Source: Candidatus Methanoperedens sp.
GTDB lineage: Archaea; Halobacteriota; Methanosarcinia; Methanosarcinales; Methanoperedenaceae
Assembly: GCA_027460535.1 (NCBI GenBank)
Contig: JAPZAR010000010.1
Span: 161,144-193,143 of the forward strand
Direction of reading: 5' to 3'
Length of the DNA: 32,000 nucleotides
The notes beneath the pieces are model-generated. The model searched no databases. It saw only the letters and a program-made list of their open reading frames with translations, and was not told the DNA's origin. Numbering within the stretch: the stretch's first letter is position 1; each line of letters begins with the position of its first letter. Shown in pieces: positions 17,401 through 26,917 of this stretch. Made by a program: the position numbers and the translations under genes.

Positions 17401-18946
17401 TATTAAAATAGTGTTCATAAACCCGAATACCCGATATCTGGGCGGCCTCTTCACGGTATATCCTCCCATGGGTTTGCTTTATATCTCATCGATCTTGTTG
17501 GAAAATAAATACAATGTTTCAATCATCGATGCTGATATCGATGACCTATCACTGGAAGACATCAAAGAAAAACTCAGAATCGAGCGGCCTCAAATCGTCG
17601 GGATAACGATGAACACGTTCCAGACAAAATCCACTTTTGAAACTGCAAAGGCTGTTAAAGATGTCAATCCAGAGATAATAGTTGTCGTGGGCGGCCCCCA
17701 TCCAACGATAGTTGAAAAAGAGGTGCTTGAAGCCTGCGGATCGATTGACGTATCGGTTATGGGCGAAGGTGAATTCACGATGCTTGAACTGGCCAAGAGA
17801 ATCGAAAATGGGGGAAATCTTGGCGAAGTAGACGGCATCTGTTATCGAGATGATGGCATCATAAAAATGACAGCTCCGAGGAAATTCATAGAAGATCTGG
17901 ATACGCTACCGCTACCTGCAATTGAGCTGGTCCAACCGATTGAACGATACCGAGGTCCTTTTCCTACGGGTGCCAGACCCTCAATACAGGTGATGGCTTC
18001 ACGGGGGTGCCCTTTTAAATGCACCTTTTGCAGTAATCCTGTATGGGGAAAAAAGGTTAGATTTAGAAGCCCCGAATCAATATTGAGTGAAGTAGAACAT
18101 CTATATAAAGATTTTGGTATTAAAGAGATCTTTTTTCAGGATGATACTTTCAATCTAAATGGAGAATGGTTCGAAAAAATATGCAATGGAATTATAGACA
18201 GAGGTTTGAATGATAAAATTATTTTTAAAACGCCTTTCAGAGTAAATAAAAACCATGTCGATGTGGATCTACTGAATTTAGCTAAAAAAGCAGGGTTCTG
18301 GATGATATTCTATGGAGTAGAAAGCGGGAACCAGAAAATACTGAACATCACACGGAAAGGCACAACTCTGGAAGAAATAGAAAGGGCATTCAAACTAACA
18401 CGGAAGGCAGGAATAAAAACATACGGCTCATTTATGATAGGGAATATCGATGAAACCCCCGAAACCATTAAAGATGCTATTGAATTTGCAAAGAAAATTG
18501 ATCCTGATTATTACGGTTTCGCAATTGCAACGCCATACCCTGGGAGCGAATTCTATGAGACCGCAAAAAGCCGCGGATACCTGCTGATAACGGATTTTAC
18601 AAAATATGATTTTAGAAAATGTATTCTCAGAACAGAACATCTTAAGGAGACGGATGTGGAAAAATTTTATTCATTTGCACCATTAGCTGTTAAAAAATAT
18701 AAGAGATCTCTTACACGCAAAATAAAAAGATTTATAGAATTATTTCCTGAAATTGGATTAAAGAGAGCTGTATGGGAAATTCAAGATACTGGTATAGAAG
18801 ATATTGATCATTTACCCGTCCATAAAGATGATGTAAATTTGGCTACAGTTACAAATAATGTCAATGTGGGGGTTAATGACACAGGAGTCCTCGGGAAAGG
18901 CTGGCATCAGGCTGAATACCAACCGCAGCCCAACAATGAAATTTAA
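17372..18946 (+). CDS. B12-binding-domain radical SAM enzyme (class B rSAM, methyltransferase-like)
   Basis: An N-terminal Rossmann/B12-like region (IVGITMNTFQ..VVVGGPHPT) is followed by a CPFKCTFC (Cx3Cx2C) cluster motif and a TIM-barrel-like remainder. The gene overlaps the Wzt stop by 29 nt; an in-frame GTG at 17411 is an alternative start. The last ~20 aa (GKGWHQAEYQPQPNNEI) start a module that continues in another frame. Confidence 0.8.
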   Translation: MSGKKTEENSIKIVFINPNTRYLGGLFTVYPPMGLLYISSILLENKYNVSIIDADIDDLSLEDIKEKLRIERPQIVGITMNTFQTKSTFETAKAVKDVNPEIIVVVGGPHPTIVEKEVLEACGSIDVSVMGEGEFTMLELAKRIENGGNLGEVDGICYRDDGIIKMTAPRKFIEDLDTLPLPAIELVQPIERYRGPFPTGARPSIQVMASRGCPFKCTFCSNPVWGKKVRFRSPESILSEVEHLYKDFGIKEIFFQDDTFNLNGEWFEKICNGIIDRGLNDKIIFKTPFRVNKNHVDVDLLNLAKKAGFWMIFYGVESGNQKILNITRKGTTLEEIERAFKLTRKAGIKTYGSFMIGNIDETPETIKDAIEFAKKIDPDYYGFAIATPYPGSEFYETAKSRGYLLITDFTKYDFRKCILRTEHLKETDVEKFYSFAPLAVKKYKRSLTRKIKRFIELFPEIGLKRAVWEIQDTGIEDIDHLPVHKDDVNLATVTNNVNVGVNDTGVLGKGWHQAEYQPQPNNEI

Positions 18947-19079
18947 ATTACCACGATTATATGGAAATATTTCCGAGGTTACAATTAAAATTGACAAAAC
19001 ATGGGTTCCAAATGATACAATAAAAAATGGCGATACCCGTGAATTGGGTATAGCAATACAGAAGATATGGACAGAATAA
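18936..19079 (+). other. Out-of-frame continuation (47 codons) of the C-terminal GW..DxRxLGIAI module of the rSAM gene: a frameshift-split tail or a coupled small ORF
   Basis: MKFKLPRLYGNISEVTIKIDKTWVPNDTIKNGDTRELGIAIQKIWTE, with an ATG at 18936 overlapping the rSAM stop at 18944-18946. DTRELGIAI parallels DSRRLGIAI in the 565-aa glycosyltransferase (module at 24089-24385), whose module opens with GWYSLE, compare GWHQAE here. Confidence 0.4.
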
Positions 19080-19094
19080 TAAAAAATGCAATAA

Positions 19095-19126
19095 TTTATA
19101 AATAGAAAGCTGTTTACAATATAAAA
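19095..19126 (+). promoter_or_regulatory. Candidate archaeal TATA boxes upstream of gmd
   Basis: TTTATAAATA at 19095-19104 and ATATAAAA at 19119-19126, within the 61-nt AT-rich spacer before the ATG at 19141. Confidence 0.3.
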
Positions 19127-19137
19127 AAAGGACATGA

Positions 19138-20106
<969 letters not shown>

Positions 20107-20115
20107 ACCGCAAAA

Positions 20116-21297
20116 ATGGATACTATTGAGATAAAGGACGGCGACATTGACGTCGAGGATATCATGCGCCAGATAAGGGAGAATATTAAAAAAAGAAAAG
20201 AAAGCGGCGCATATACAAAAGAACTGGAAGCGATGATCAACGAACCTCTGCAACCACCTCTCGCAGGCGCCAGGTGTCGCGATCTCAAGTCTGATCTCAA
20301 TTATGTCGACTCCAACTGGGATATAAATGCTGAATATGTTATAAGTTCCCACCGAAAGATCATTGGCAAACCCCTTGTCTGGGGAAGGCGGTTGATAAAT
20401 TCCGAAATGAGAAGATATGTGGATTTGATCAATGGGAAACAGATAGAATTCAATGCTCATGTTGCCGGGGCGCTCAAAGGTCTTGATAATAAGATAAACG
20501 AAGCTGTGGCTGATATCAGGAAAGGGACTGATAGTAAGATCAATGAGGCTATGGCTGCCCTCAGTAAAGACATTGACCTAACACAATTGCCCGGCGCGCC
20601 GACTGACGACGTGATGAACTACTTCCTGTTCGAGGAAAAATTCCGCGGCAGCACCGAGGATATCAGGAAGCGTCAATCGGTCTATCTCGAATATTTCAAA
20701 AACTGCAAGAACGTCCTTGATATAGGATGCGGGAGGGGTGAGTTCCTGTCGTTGCTGAAAGAGAACGGCATAGGCGCCAGGGGTATCGATATGAATGAAG
20801 ATATGGTGCTGTACTGCCAGAAGAATGGTCTTGAAGTAAGTCAAAATAATGCCCTGAGCTATCTTACATCACTTAGCGATAAATCACTTGATGGCATATT
20901 TTCAGCTCAGGTCGTGGAACACCTCCAACCGGCAGATTTGATCTCTCTCATAAAATTAACCTACGATAAAATGCAATATGGTTCGTATTTCATCGCTGAG
21001 ACTATAAACCCCATGTGTTTATCTGTATTTGCTTCAAGTTTTTGCATGGACTTATCCCATGTTAAGCCAATTCATCCAGAAACGATCAAGTTCTTACTTG
21101 AATCTGTAGGTTTTAGAGAAATTCAGTTTATATTCTTATCATCGTTTCATGAAACCATTAAATTAGCCAAGCTTAAGAGCACTGAAAACATGAATATCGA
21201 AGAAAAGATGCGATTAGAGGTAATGAACCAAAATATTGATAAATTGAATTCCCTGTTATATGGTTACCAAGATTATGCAGTAATTGGGAAAAAGTGA
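20116..21297 (+). CDS. Class I SAM-dependent methyltransferase with a ~170-aa N-terminal helical/coiled-coil-like region
   Basis: Motif I VLDIGCGRGEFLSLL, and DGIFSAQVVEHL (motif II/III region). The N-terminus has IMRQIRENIKKRKESG and the repeated DNKINEAVADI / DSKINEAMAAL. Confidence 0.8.
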   Translation: MDTIEIKDGDIDVEDIMRQIRENIKKRKESGAYTKELEAMINEPLQPPLAGARCRDLKSDLNYVDSNWDINAEYVISSHRKIIGKPLVWGRRLINSEMRRYVDLINGKQIEFNAHVAGALKGLDNKINEAVADIRKGTDSKINEAMAALSKDIDLTQLPGAPTDDVMNYFLFEEKFRGSTEDIRKRQSVYLEYFKNCKNVLDIGCGRGEFLSLLKENGIGARGIDMNEDMVLYCQKNGLEVSQNNALSYLTSLSDKSLDGIFSAQVVEHLQPADLISLIKLTYDKMQYGSYFIAETINPMCLSVFASSFCMDLSHVKPIHPETIKFLLESVGFREIQFIFLSSFHETIKLAKLKSTENMNIEEKMRLEVMNQNIDKLNSLLYGYQDYAVIGKK

Positions 21298-22493
21298 TGC
21301 CTTTTCTTGCTTATTTCGGTCTCTATTGTATTTGCCATATTTTCGGCTATTTTATTCCAATCATATTTATTTTTAACTAACTTTTGACCATTCAAGCTAA
21401 GTTTATTGTAAAGCTCAATATTTTCAAGAACTTCTCGTATACTTTCTGGAAATTCTGATACTTCACAAATTATGGCATCCCTGTAATTCTTAATGTCCAA
21501 ACCTCTTGCACCAATTGGAGTTGTAATGATAGGTAACCCAGCAGCCATATATTCTAGCATTTTTATATTGGTGCCTGACCCACTTACCATTGGATTTAAA
21601 GCGATATCTGAAATACGATATATCTCGAATTTCTCCTCATCGCTTACTTCAAAGGTCATGCCTACATTTTTATCGATATCTTTATTTTTAAAAGTGCCAC
21701 AAACCCCTCCACAAATTAAAAAATATATTTCTTTCATTTTTGGAGCTAATTCGATTATGATTTTTTTGGCAGCTTCTGAATTAGGTGGATGACCACTACC
21801 CATAAAAAGTGCTAAAGGTTTATTTATAATTTTATTTTTAATTAATTTACTGTTTTTATAAAGTGTTCTAAATGATGGAAGATCAACACCATTTGGGGAT
21901 ATATATATTTTTGATTCGTCTACATGATATATTTCTTTAAATTTATTAATTTCATCAGCAGACATTGCAAAAACCAAATCAGATTTCCTTACTAATTCGT
22001 CCTCAACCCTTTTTACATTAGTATATAGAAATCTTTTAAAAAATCCTTTTCCCAATATAGCTTTTTTTAATAAATACTCGACATTGTGGGCTTCATATAT
22101 CAGAAATTTATTCGGTGCATGTTTTTTTATTAATGTATATAAGTATGGATGAGAAGCAACAACAATACTACAGTCTGATAAACGATCTCTGACTATATTA
22201 TTTAATTTTTTGTTATAATTACAAAAAAACATTGCAATTATATCATCTACTGATATCCCAAAGATTTTTCCTAACAATAAATTCACACTGGAATGAATTT
22301 TGCTTTTAGGAATTCGAATTTCCCAAAAATTCTGCCCTAATTCCACTTCAACGAATTCATTCTTTGCAAAGCAAATGTATGTGATATCGAACCTTTGGGA
22401 CAGATTCTTGTAAATATAATAAATTCTAAATTGACCTCCAAAGCGTGGCGGATATATGGGAAAATCATTCAAAACGAGAATTTTTTTTTTCAT
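21273..22493 (-). CDS. GT4-family glycosyltransferase (paralog 1 of a tandem pair)
   Basis: MKKKILVLNDFPIYPPRFGGQFRIY, and GSGTNIKMLEYMAAGLPIITTPIGARGL. The sequence is very AT-rich. The 3' end overlaps the convergent methyltransferase gene by 25 nt. Confidence 0.8.
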   Translation of the reverse strand: MKKKILVLNDFPIYPPRFGGQFRIYYIYKNLSQRFDITYICFAKNEFVEVELGQNFWEIRIPKSKIHSSVNLLLGKIFGISVDDIIAMFFCNYNKKLNNIVRDRLSDCSIVVASHPYLYTLIKKHAPNKFLIYEAHNVEYLLKKAILGKGFFKRFLYTNVKRVEDELVRKSDLVFAMSADEINKFKEIYHVDESKIYISPNGVDLPSFRTLYKNSKLIKNKIINKPLALFMGSGHPPNSEAAKKIIIELAPKMKEIYFLICGGVCGTFKNKDIDKNVGMTFEVSDEEKFEIYRISDIALNPMVSGSGTNIKMLEYMAAGLPIITTPIGARGLDIKNYRDAIICEVSEFPESIREVLENIELYNKLSLNGQKLVKNKYDWNKIAENMANTIETEISKKRHHFFPITA

Positions 22494-23688
22494 AATATGT
22501 CTCTATATTTGTATGCATTTTATTCGCAATCTTCTGCCATTCATATTTTTCTTCGACTAATTTTCTTCCTTTTTCTTTTAATTTTTTATAAATGATTTCA
22601 TCTTTAAATAGTAATACTATATTTTTTTCGAATTTATCTATATCACAAACAATAGCATGATAATTATCAACAATATCTAATCCTCTTGCTCCTGTAGGAG
22701 TTGTTATTACAGGAAGTCCCGCTGCCATGTAATCTAACATTTTCAAATTTGTACCAGAACCAAACGTCATAGGATTCAAGGCAGCATCTGATGCATTGAA
22801 CAATAATTTTTTCGTTTCATCATCGACTACACCATATATTCTCACATTATTTGGCACATGGGACGTAATAAAATCTGATACTTTTCCAGCGATTAAAAAT
22901 GTATATTCTGGTAACAAAGGAGCAAAATTATCAATAATTGATTTTGCAGCATCAATATTCGGTGGATGAGCACTGCCAAAAAAAAGTAACGCTTTAGCAT
23001 TGTTTAAGCCTAACTTTTTCTTGTACTCATATTTTTCAAAATCTTTTAGTATTTTTATTTCTGCTAAGTCTACGCCATTTGGAGCTAAAAAGATTTTATT
23101 TAATGATATTTTATAAACGTTGTGAAAATCATTTATATCGTCATCAGATACTGCAAAAATCATATCACTACTTGTACATGCATGTTCTTCGATATAATAA
23201 ACGTACCACGATAAAATTTTTGCGATTATTGAGTTTCCAAATGCTTTCTTTTGTAAATAATATTCCATATTGTAAGATTCATAAATAACCATTTTATCTT
23301 TGACTTTCTTATAAAGATATGGATGTGTTGAAATTAAAATATGTGACCCTTTAATCACTTGATTAAATAATTTTTTATAATTTGAATCAAAGTTGGAAGC
23401 GATTGAAACTACCGCACCAGAGCATTCAGGCACATGTCCAAATTTATAAAAAATATAGTGCAGTATGTCATGTAACTTGCTTTTAGGAATTCGAATTTCA
23501 ATAACATTATTAAATAATTTGTATACTTCGAGTTTTCTGTCGGGATTTGGATAAGTAAAACTTAATATAGTTATATCATAATATTTCGCTAAGTTTCTAC
23601 ATATATTGTATAATCGGAGCTCTCCGCCGCTTCCGGGAGGAAAAAAAGCCGGGAAAAAACTCAATACCAAAATTTTCTTCCGACTCAT
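22465..23688 (-). CDS. GT4-family glycosyltransferase (paralog 2 of a tandem pair)
   Basis: MSRKKILVLSFFPAFFPPGSGGELRLY, and GSGTNLKMLDYMAAGLPVITTPTGARGL. The ATG at 23688 is preferred over the TTG at 23691. The 3' end overlaps the next gene's start by 29 nt. Confidence 0.8.
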   Translation of the reverse strand: MSRKKILVLSFFPAFFPPGSGGELRLYNICRNLAKYYDITILSFTYPNPDRKLEVYKLFNNVIEIRIPKSKLHDILHYIFYKFGHVPECSGAVVSIASNFDSNYKKLFNQVIKGSHILISTHPYLYKKVKDKMVIYESYNMEYYLQKKAFGNSIIAKILSWYVYYIEEHACTSSDMIFAVSDDDINDFHNVYKISLNKIFLAPNGVDLAEIKILKDFEKYEYKKKLGLNNAKALLFFGSAHPPNIDAAKSIIDNFAPLLPEYTFLIAGKVSDFITSHVPNNVRIYGVVDDETKKLLFNASDAALNPMTFGSGTNLKMLDYMAAGLPVITTPTGARGLDIVDNYHAIVCDIDKFEKNIVLLFKDEIIYKKLKEKGRKLVEEKYEWQKIANKMHTNIETYYEKKNSRFE

Positions 23689-23734
23689 CAAATATCACCA
23701 AATATATAATAAATAAGCAACTATCTTGTTTTAT
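23689..23734. promoter_or_regulatory. Short divergent promoter region
   Basis: This is a 46-nt spacer between divergent GT genes. It is dominated by AATATATAATAAATAAG (about 23701-23717), which could act as a TATA element in either direction. Confidence 0.3.
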
Positions 23735-25423
23735 ATGAATGCTTTGCATTTAACCTTTCGTTTTGGCGAGAAAATAGTAGGCGGCGCAGAATACCTAATG
23801 TATATGATTTCTAAAAAATTAGTGGAATCAGGGATTCATGTGGATGTATTTACTACCAAAACGGTCTCTATTACACCAATTTCAAGGTCTGGAGTTCATT
23901 GGGATAATAAGATCAAAAAAGCACAAAGCATTCACGACGGTATCGAAGTATATCGACATAATACTTATTCTATCCCAAAATTGATAGCAATTGGATTTGA
24001 CTATTTAATCCAAAGACAATTGGATAGAGAAGAATTAAATATCAAAATCAAAGAAATAATAATTAATGAAAAAAGCTGCCTTGGAACGGGATGGTACTCC
24101 TTAGAAAATTATAATTTCTTCAAAATGCGCTGGACAAAAAGATATGCTAACTTTCTCGTGAATGACAGAAATATTTCAAAGATTTTTTTCAATGCTTATT
24201 GTCCCAGATCTATAAAAGGAAATTTTTTAATAAATGGAAAATTTATTGACGGTTTTAGTACTTCGAAGGAGTGGAAACGATTTGAGTTCGATATAGATGA
24301 GGAAGGTATAATAGTAGGTAAAATTTCATTGAATGCATCGTGGCATCCTCTGACGGATTCGCGACGATTGGGTATTGCCATTAATGACATCGGTTATGTT
24401 TCCGATGGGATTGAAAAATCGATCGATCTTACCAAGGATTATGTAAAAGTTCTGAGGAAAAACAGTAAATCATTTTTGGAACTATATAAACATAAAGCTT
24501 TGAAACGACCTCAAATCTATAATTATCTATTTATGGGATTACGTGGTCCTCTTTCGCCTTCACTGCTTTATAGCCTAAATAAAAATGCAAAAAAATATGA
24601 TATAATACTCAGCCAGATGATGCCTTTCAACACCCTAAACTATGGTGCATATATTGGTAAAAAACATGGCATACCTACTGTGCTGCTACCTTTGTTCCAT
24701 CCTGATGATAGCTTTTATCACTGGGGGCACTACTATGATGCAATCAAAAACGTGGATATGATCCTTGCGCTTTCTGAATACACAAAAACCAATGTCTATG
24801 ACCCGCTGGATGTTCCGTGTGAAGTAATAGGCGGAGGTGTGGATCTCAATGAATTTTCAAATCCAGAAATCTCCGGGAAAAGGTTTAAAGAGAAATTCAA
24901 ATTAAATAACACACCAATCATTCTTTTTGTAGGCAGGAAAAGCTATCCCAAAAGATATGATCTTCTTATCAGGGCAATAGACAAGCTGAACAGTCAAGGT
25001 AAAAGATGCCGCCTGGTAATTATAGGACCAGATGAAGATAAAATGCCTATCCCATCAAAAAACGTTTTATATTTGGGTAAGGTAGACAGAAAAATGATTT
25101 TAGATGCATATGATGCATGCGATATATTTTCAATGATGTCTGAGTCAGAAAGCTTTGGTATAGTATATTGCGAAGCCTGGATGCGTAAAAAGCCTGTTAT
25201 TGGAAATAAATATTGTGGCCCCGTGTCCACTTTAATAGAGGATGGAGTAGATGGATTTCTATGTGATGAAAATGATTTGGCAGAGAAAATTAGTATCCTT
25301 TTGTCAGATGAAAAACTGAGGAATAATATGGGAGAAAAAGGCTATGGAAAAACAGTAAATAGATACACTTGGGACATCATCGGTAATAAGGTAAAAAGAA
25401 TTTATGAAGAATTATGTAAATAA
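23735..25423 (+). CDS. GT4-family glycosyltransferase carrying an inserted ~100-aa GW..DxRxLGIAI module
   Basis: N-terminal GGAEYLMYMISKKLVESGIHVDVFT, and C-terminal FVGRKSYPKRYD and SESESFGIVYCEAWMRKKPVIG. The inserted module is GTGWYSLENYNFFKMRWTKRYANF...DSRRLGIAINDIGYV (nt 24089-24385). The ATG at 23735 is preferred over the TTG at 23726. Confidence 0.8.
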   Translation: MNALHLTFRFGEKIVGGAEYLMYMISKKLVESGIHVDVFTTKTVSITPISRSGVHWDNKIKKAQSIHDGIEVYRHNTYSIPKLIAIGFDYLIQRQLDREELNIKIKEIIINEKSCLGTGWYSLENYNFFKMRWTKRYANFLVNDRNISKIFFNAYCPRSIKGNFLINGKFIDGFSTSKEWKRFEFDIDEEGIIVGKISLNASWHPLTDSRRLGIAINDIGYVSDGIEKSIDLTKDYVKVLRKNSKSFLELYKHKALKRPQIYNYLFMGLRGPLSPSLLYSLNKNAKKYDIILSQMMPFNTLNYGAYIGKKHGIPTVLLPLFHPDDSFYHWGHYYDAIKNVDMILALSEYTKTNVYDPLDVPCEVIGGGVDLNEFSNPEISGKRFKEKFKLNNTPIILFVGRKSYPKRYDLLIRAIDKLNSQGKRCRLVIIGPDEDKMPIPSKNVLYLGKVDRKMILDAYDACDIFSMMSESESFGIVYCEAWMRKKPVIGNKYCGPVSTLIEDGVDGFLCDENDLAEKISILLSDEKLRNNMGEKGYGKTVNRYTWDIIGNKVKRIYEELCK

Positions 25424-25454
25424 AGAATAAAAGCCACCTCAATTGAATTGGAGA

Positions 25455-25480
25455 TTATGGGTTTTTTTATCTTTTTCTGA
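25455..25480 (+). terminator. Oligo-T tract downstream of the 565-aa GT gene
   Basis: GGGTTTTTTTATCTTTTTCTG has a T7 run at 25462-25468 and a T5 run at 25472-25476, about 40 nt after the stop. This is the archaeal oligo-T terminator style. It overlaps the 3' end of the convergent gene. Confidence 0.3.
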
Positions 25481-26576
25481 ACAAATATTTAATTCGTGGA
25501 CAACATGCTGCACCAGAACTACATTCAGTGCAGAATCGGGACGGTCTATCAAGAATAACTTCACTTCTTAATTGTGAAAATTCTTGGTTGTTCCATATTT
25601 TATCTACCGGAGTTACGAAAACGTTACCATAAATCCTACTCGATAATGCACATGTATGTATATTACCGCTTTGATCAATTTTTAATTGGGTGAAAGGTAA
25701 ACTGCACCAAGCTGAGTCGGGTTGATGATGCCAATTTCTGACAATATTGAATCTAGTTAATGGAAGTTTTTTATTTAGTTGGACAGAACTTTTTAGCCTT
25801 TCAGTCTGAATGAAAATGTCTTCTATATTTAAATCTATTTGATTTCTTGTAGCAGTTTCGAGTGCTTGTAATAAATATTTCTCAACTTCTAGACTTTGTG
25901 GATTACAGCACATCTCCATTAATTCTTTGTGGTGTGGTATCAGAGGATATACAAAAATATCTTCAATACCTATTTCTGACGCCATAGTTACAAACTCATT
26001 AAGTTCCTCTAAATTTTGTTTATATAATGTCCATAAAATTATTAGATGGAAACGAGGATTTTGAATTTCTCGTTGATAATCCATGATTCGTCTTAGATTT
26101 CCGAAAACTGTTTCATACTTTGCCCCAACTCTGATGGATTCATATGTTTCTTTTCGGGCTCCTTCAAGAGAAACAGCTACTCCGCATCCCAACTCTACAA
26201 AACGCTTTAATTGGTAATCTTTAACACGCGAGAGACTTGTATTGAATGTAACCAATCGCTTACCATTATCCGCCGTAAATTCAAGTATCTCATCCCAATT
26301 TGGATGTAAAATTGACTCACCTCCTCCAGATAAATCTATTTGGCGGGCGTAGTTATAATAACTTTCTGGAATCTGTTTAAAAACCTCTATTGATAAGAAT
26401 GTTTTGCGCATCTGATTCTCAAAAGTTCGGTAACAGTGTATACAACGTAGATGGCAAACATCGGTTAAATCGAAAACTATTTCAGCCGGTCTACATATTT
26501 TCAAGATAGCTCGAATTTTTAATATAGGCTTGAATAGCTTTGAATTTGCTCGGATTTGAATTCTAGGAATATTCAT
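25467..26576 (-). CDS. Radical SAM enzyme with a C-terminal SPASM/twitch-like Cys-rich domain
   Basis: CHLRCIHC (Cx3Cx2C) near the N-terminus and GGGESILHP (SAM-binding GGE). The C-terminus reads WCSLPF..IDQSGNIHTCA..IYGNV..IWNN..FCTECSSGAACCP. Confidence 0.8.
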   Translation of the reverse strand: MNIPRIQIRANSKLFKPILKIRAILKICRPAEIVFDLTDVCHLRCIHCYRTFENQMRKTFLSIEVFKQIPESYYNYARQIDLSGGGESILHPNWDEILEFTADNGKRLVTFNTSLSRVKDYQLKRFVELGCGVAVSLEGARKETYESIRVGAKYETVFGNLRRIMDYQREIQNPRFHLIILWTLYKQNLEELNEFVTMASEIGIEDIFVYPLIPHHKELMEMCCNPQSLEVEKYLLQALETATRNQIDLNIEDIFIQTERLKSSVQLNKKLPLTRFNIVRNWHHQPDSAWCSLPFTQLKIDQSGNIHTCALSSRIYGNVFVTPVDKIWNNQEFSQLRSEVILDRPSRFCTECSSGAACCPRIKYLFRKR

Positions 26577-26868
26577 AGTATAAAATTAAAATTCTTATTG
26601 TTTATTCTCTTTATTTAATCAGTAATTAATCTTTTCTATCATATAGTACCTGTAGAGTCCGGAAATTATCTCGTTCAGCTTTTTCAGAACCAATGGTCAA
26701 ACTTATACACAATAAACATAAAATTGATACTCGCCTCACAGAGATCTAAAGATGAAACAATTAATACTGTCAAAGTAATGTATCATATCTGCATATCTTA
26801 GAAAGAAGAGTTCAATCGGCTCAAAACAGAAATTTCCGACAATGATATGAAAGGAATAAACAAGTGTA

Positions 26869-26902
26869 AAGAGTTGGTCTAAAAGCTCCAACTCCAACTC
26901 TT
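26869..26902 (-). terminator. Hairpin followed by a T-rich tail, just downstream of the 556-aa gene
   Basis: A perfect 9-bp stem AAGAGTTGG/CCAACTCTT (26869-26877 / 26894-26902) begins 16 nt after the stop. On the minus strand it is followed by TACACTTGTTTATTCCTTTC. Confidence 0.45.
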
Positions 26903-26917
26903 CACAAGTCCTAAATC

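Noticed and set aside
26577-26917. Mini-ORFs that could encode a RiPP precursor for the SPASM radical SAM enzyme, for example the 16-aa MIHYFDSINCFIFRSL at 26736-26786 (minus), the 11-aa MFIVYKFDHWF (minus), and the 18-aa MVKLIHNKHKIDTRLTEI (plus).
   Set aside because: All are very short, lack a ribosome-binding or leaderless-promoter context, and show no repeat or leader/core logic. They are indistinguishable from chance ORFs in AT-rich DNA.
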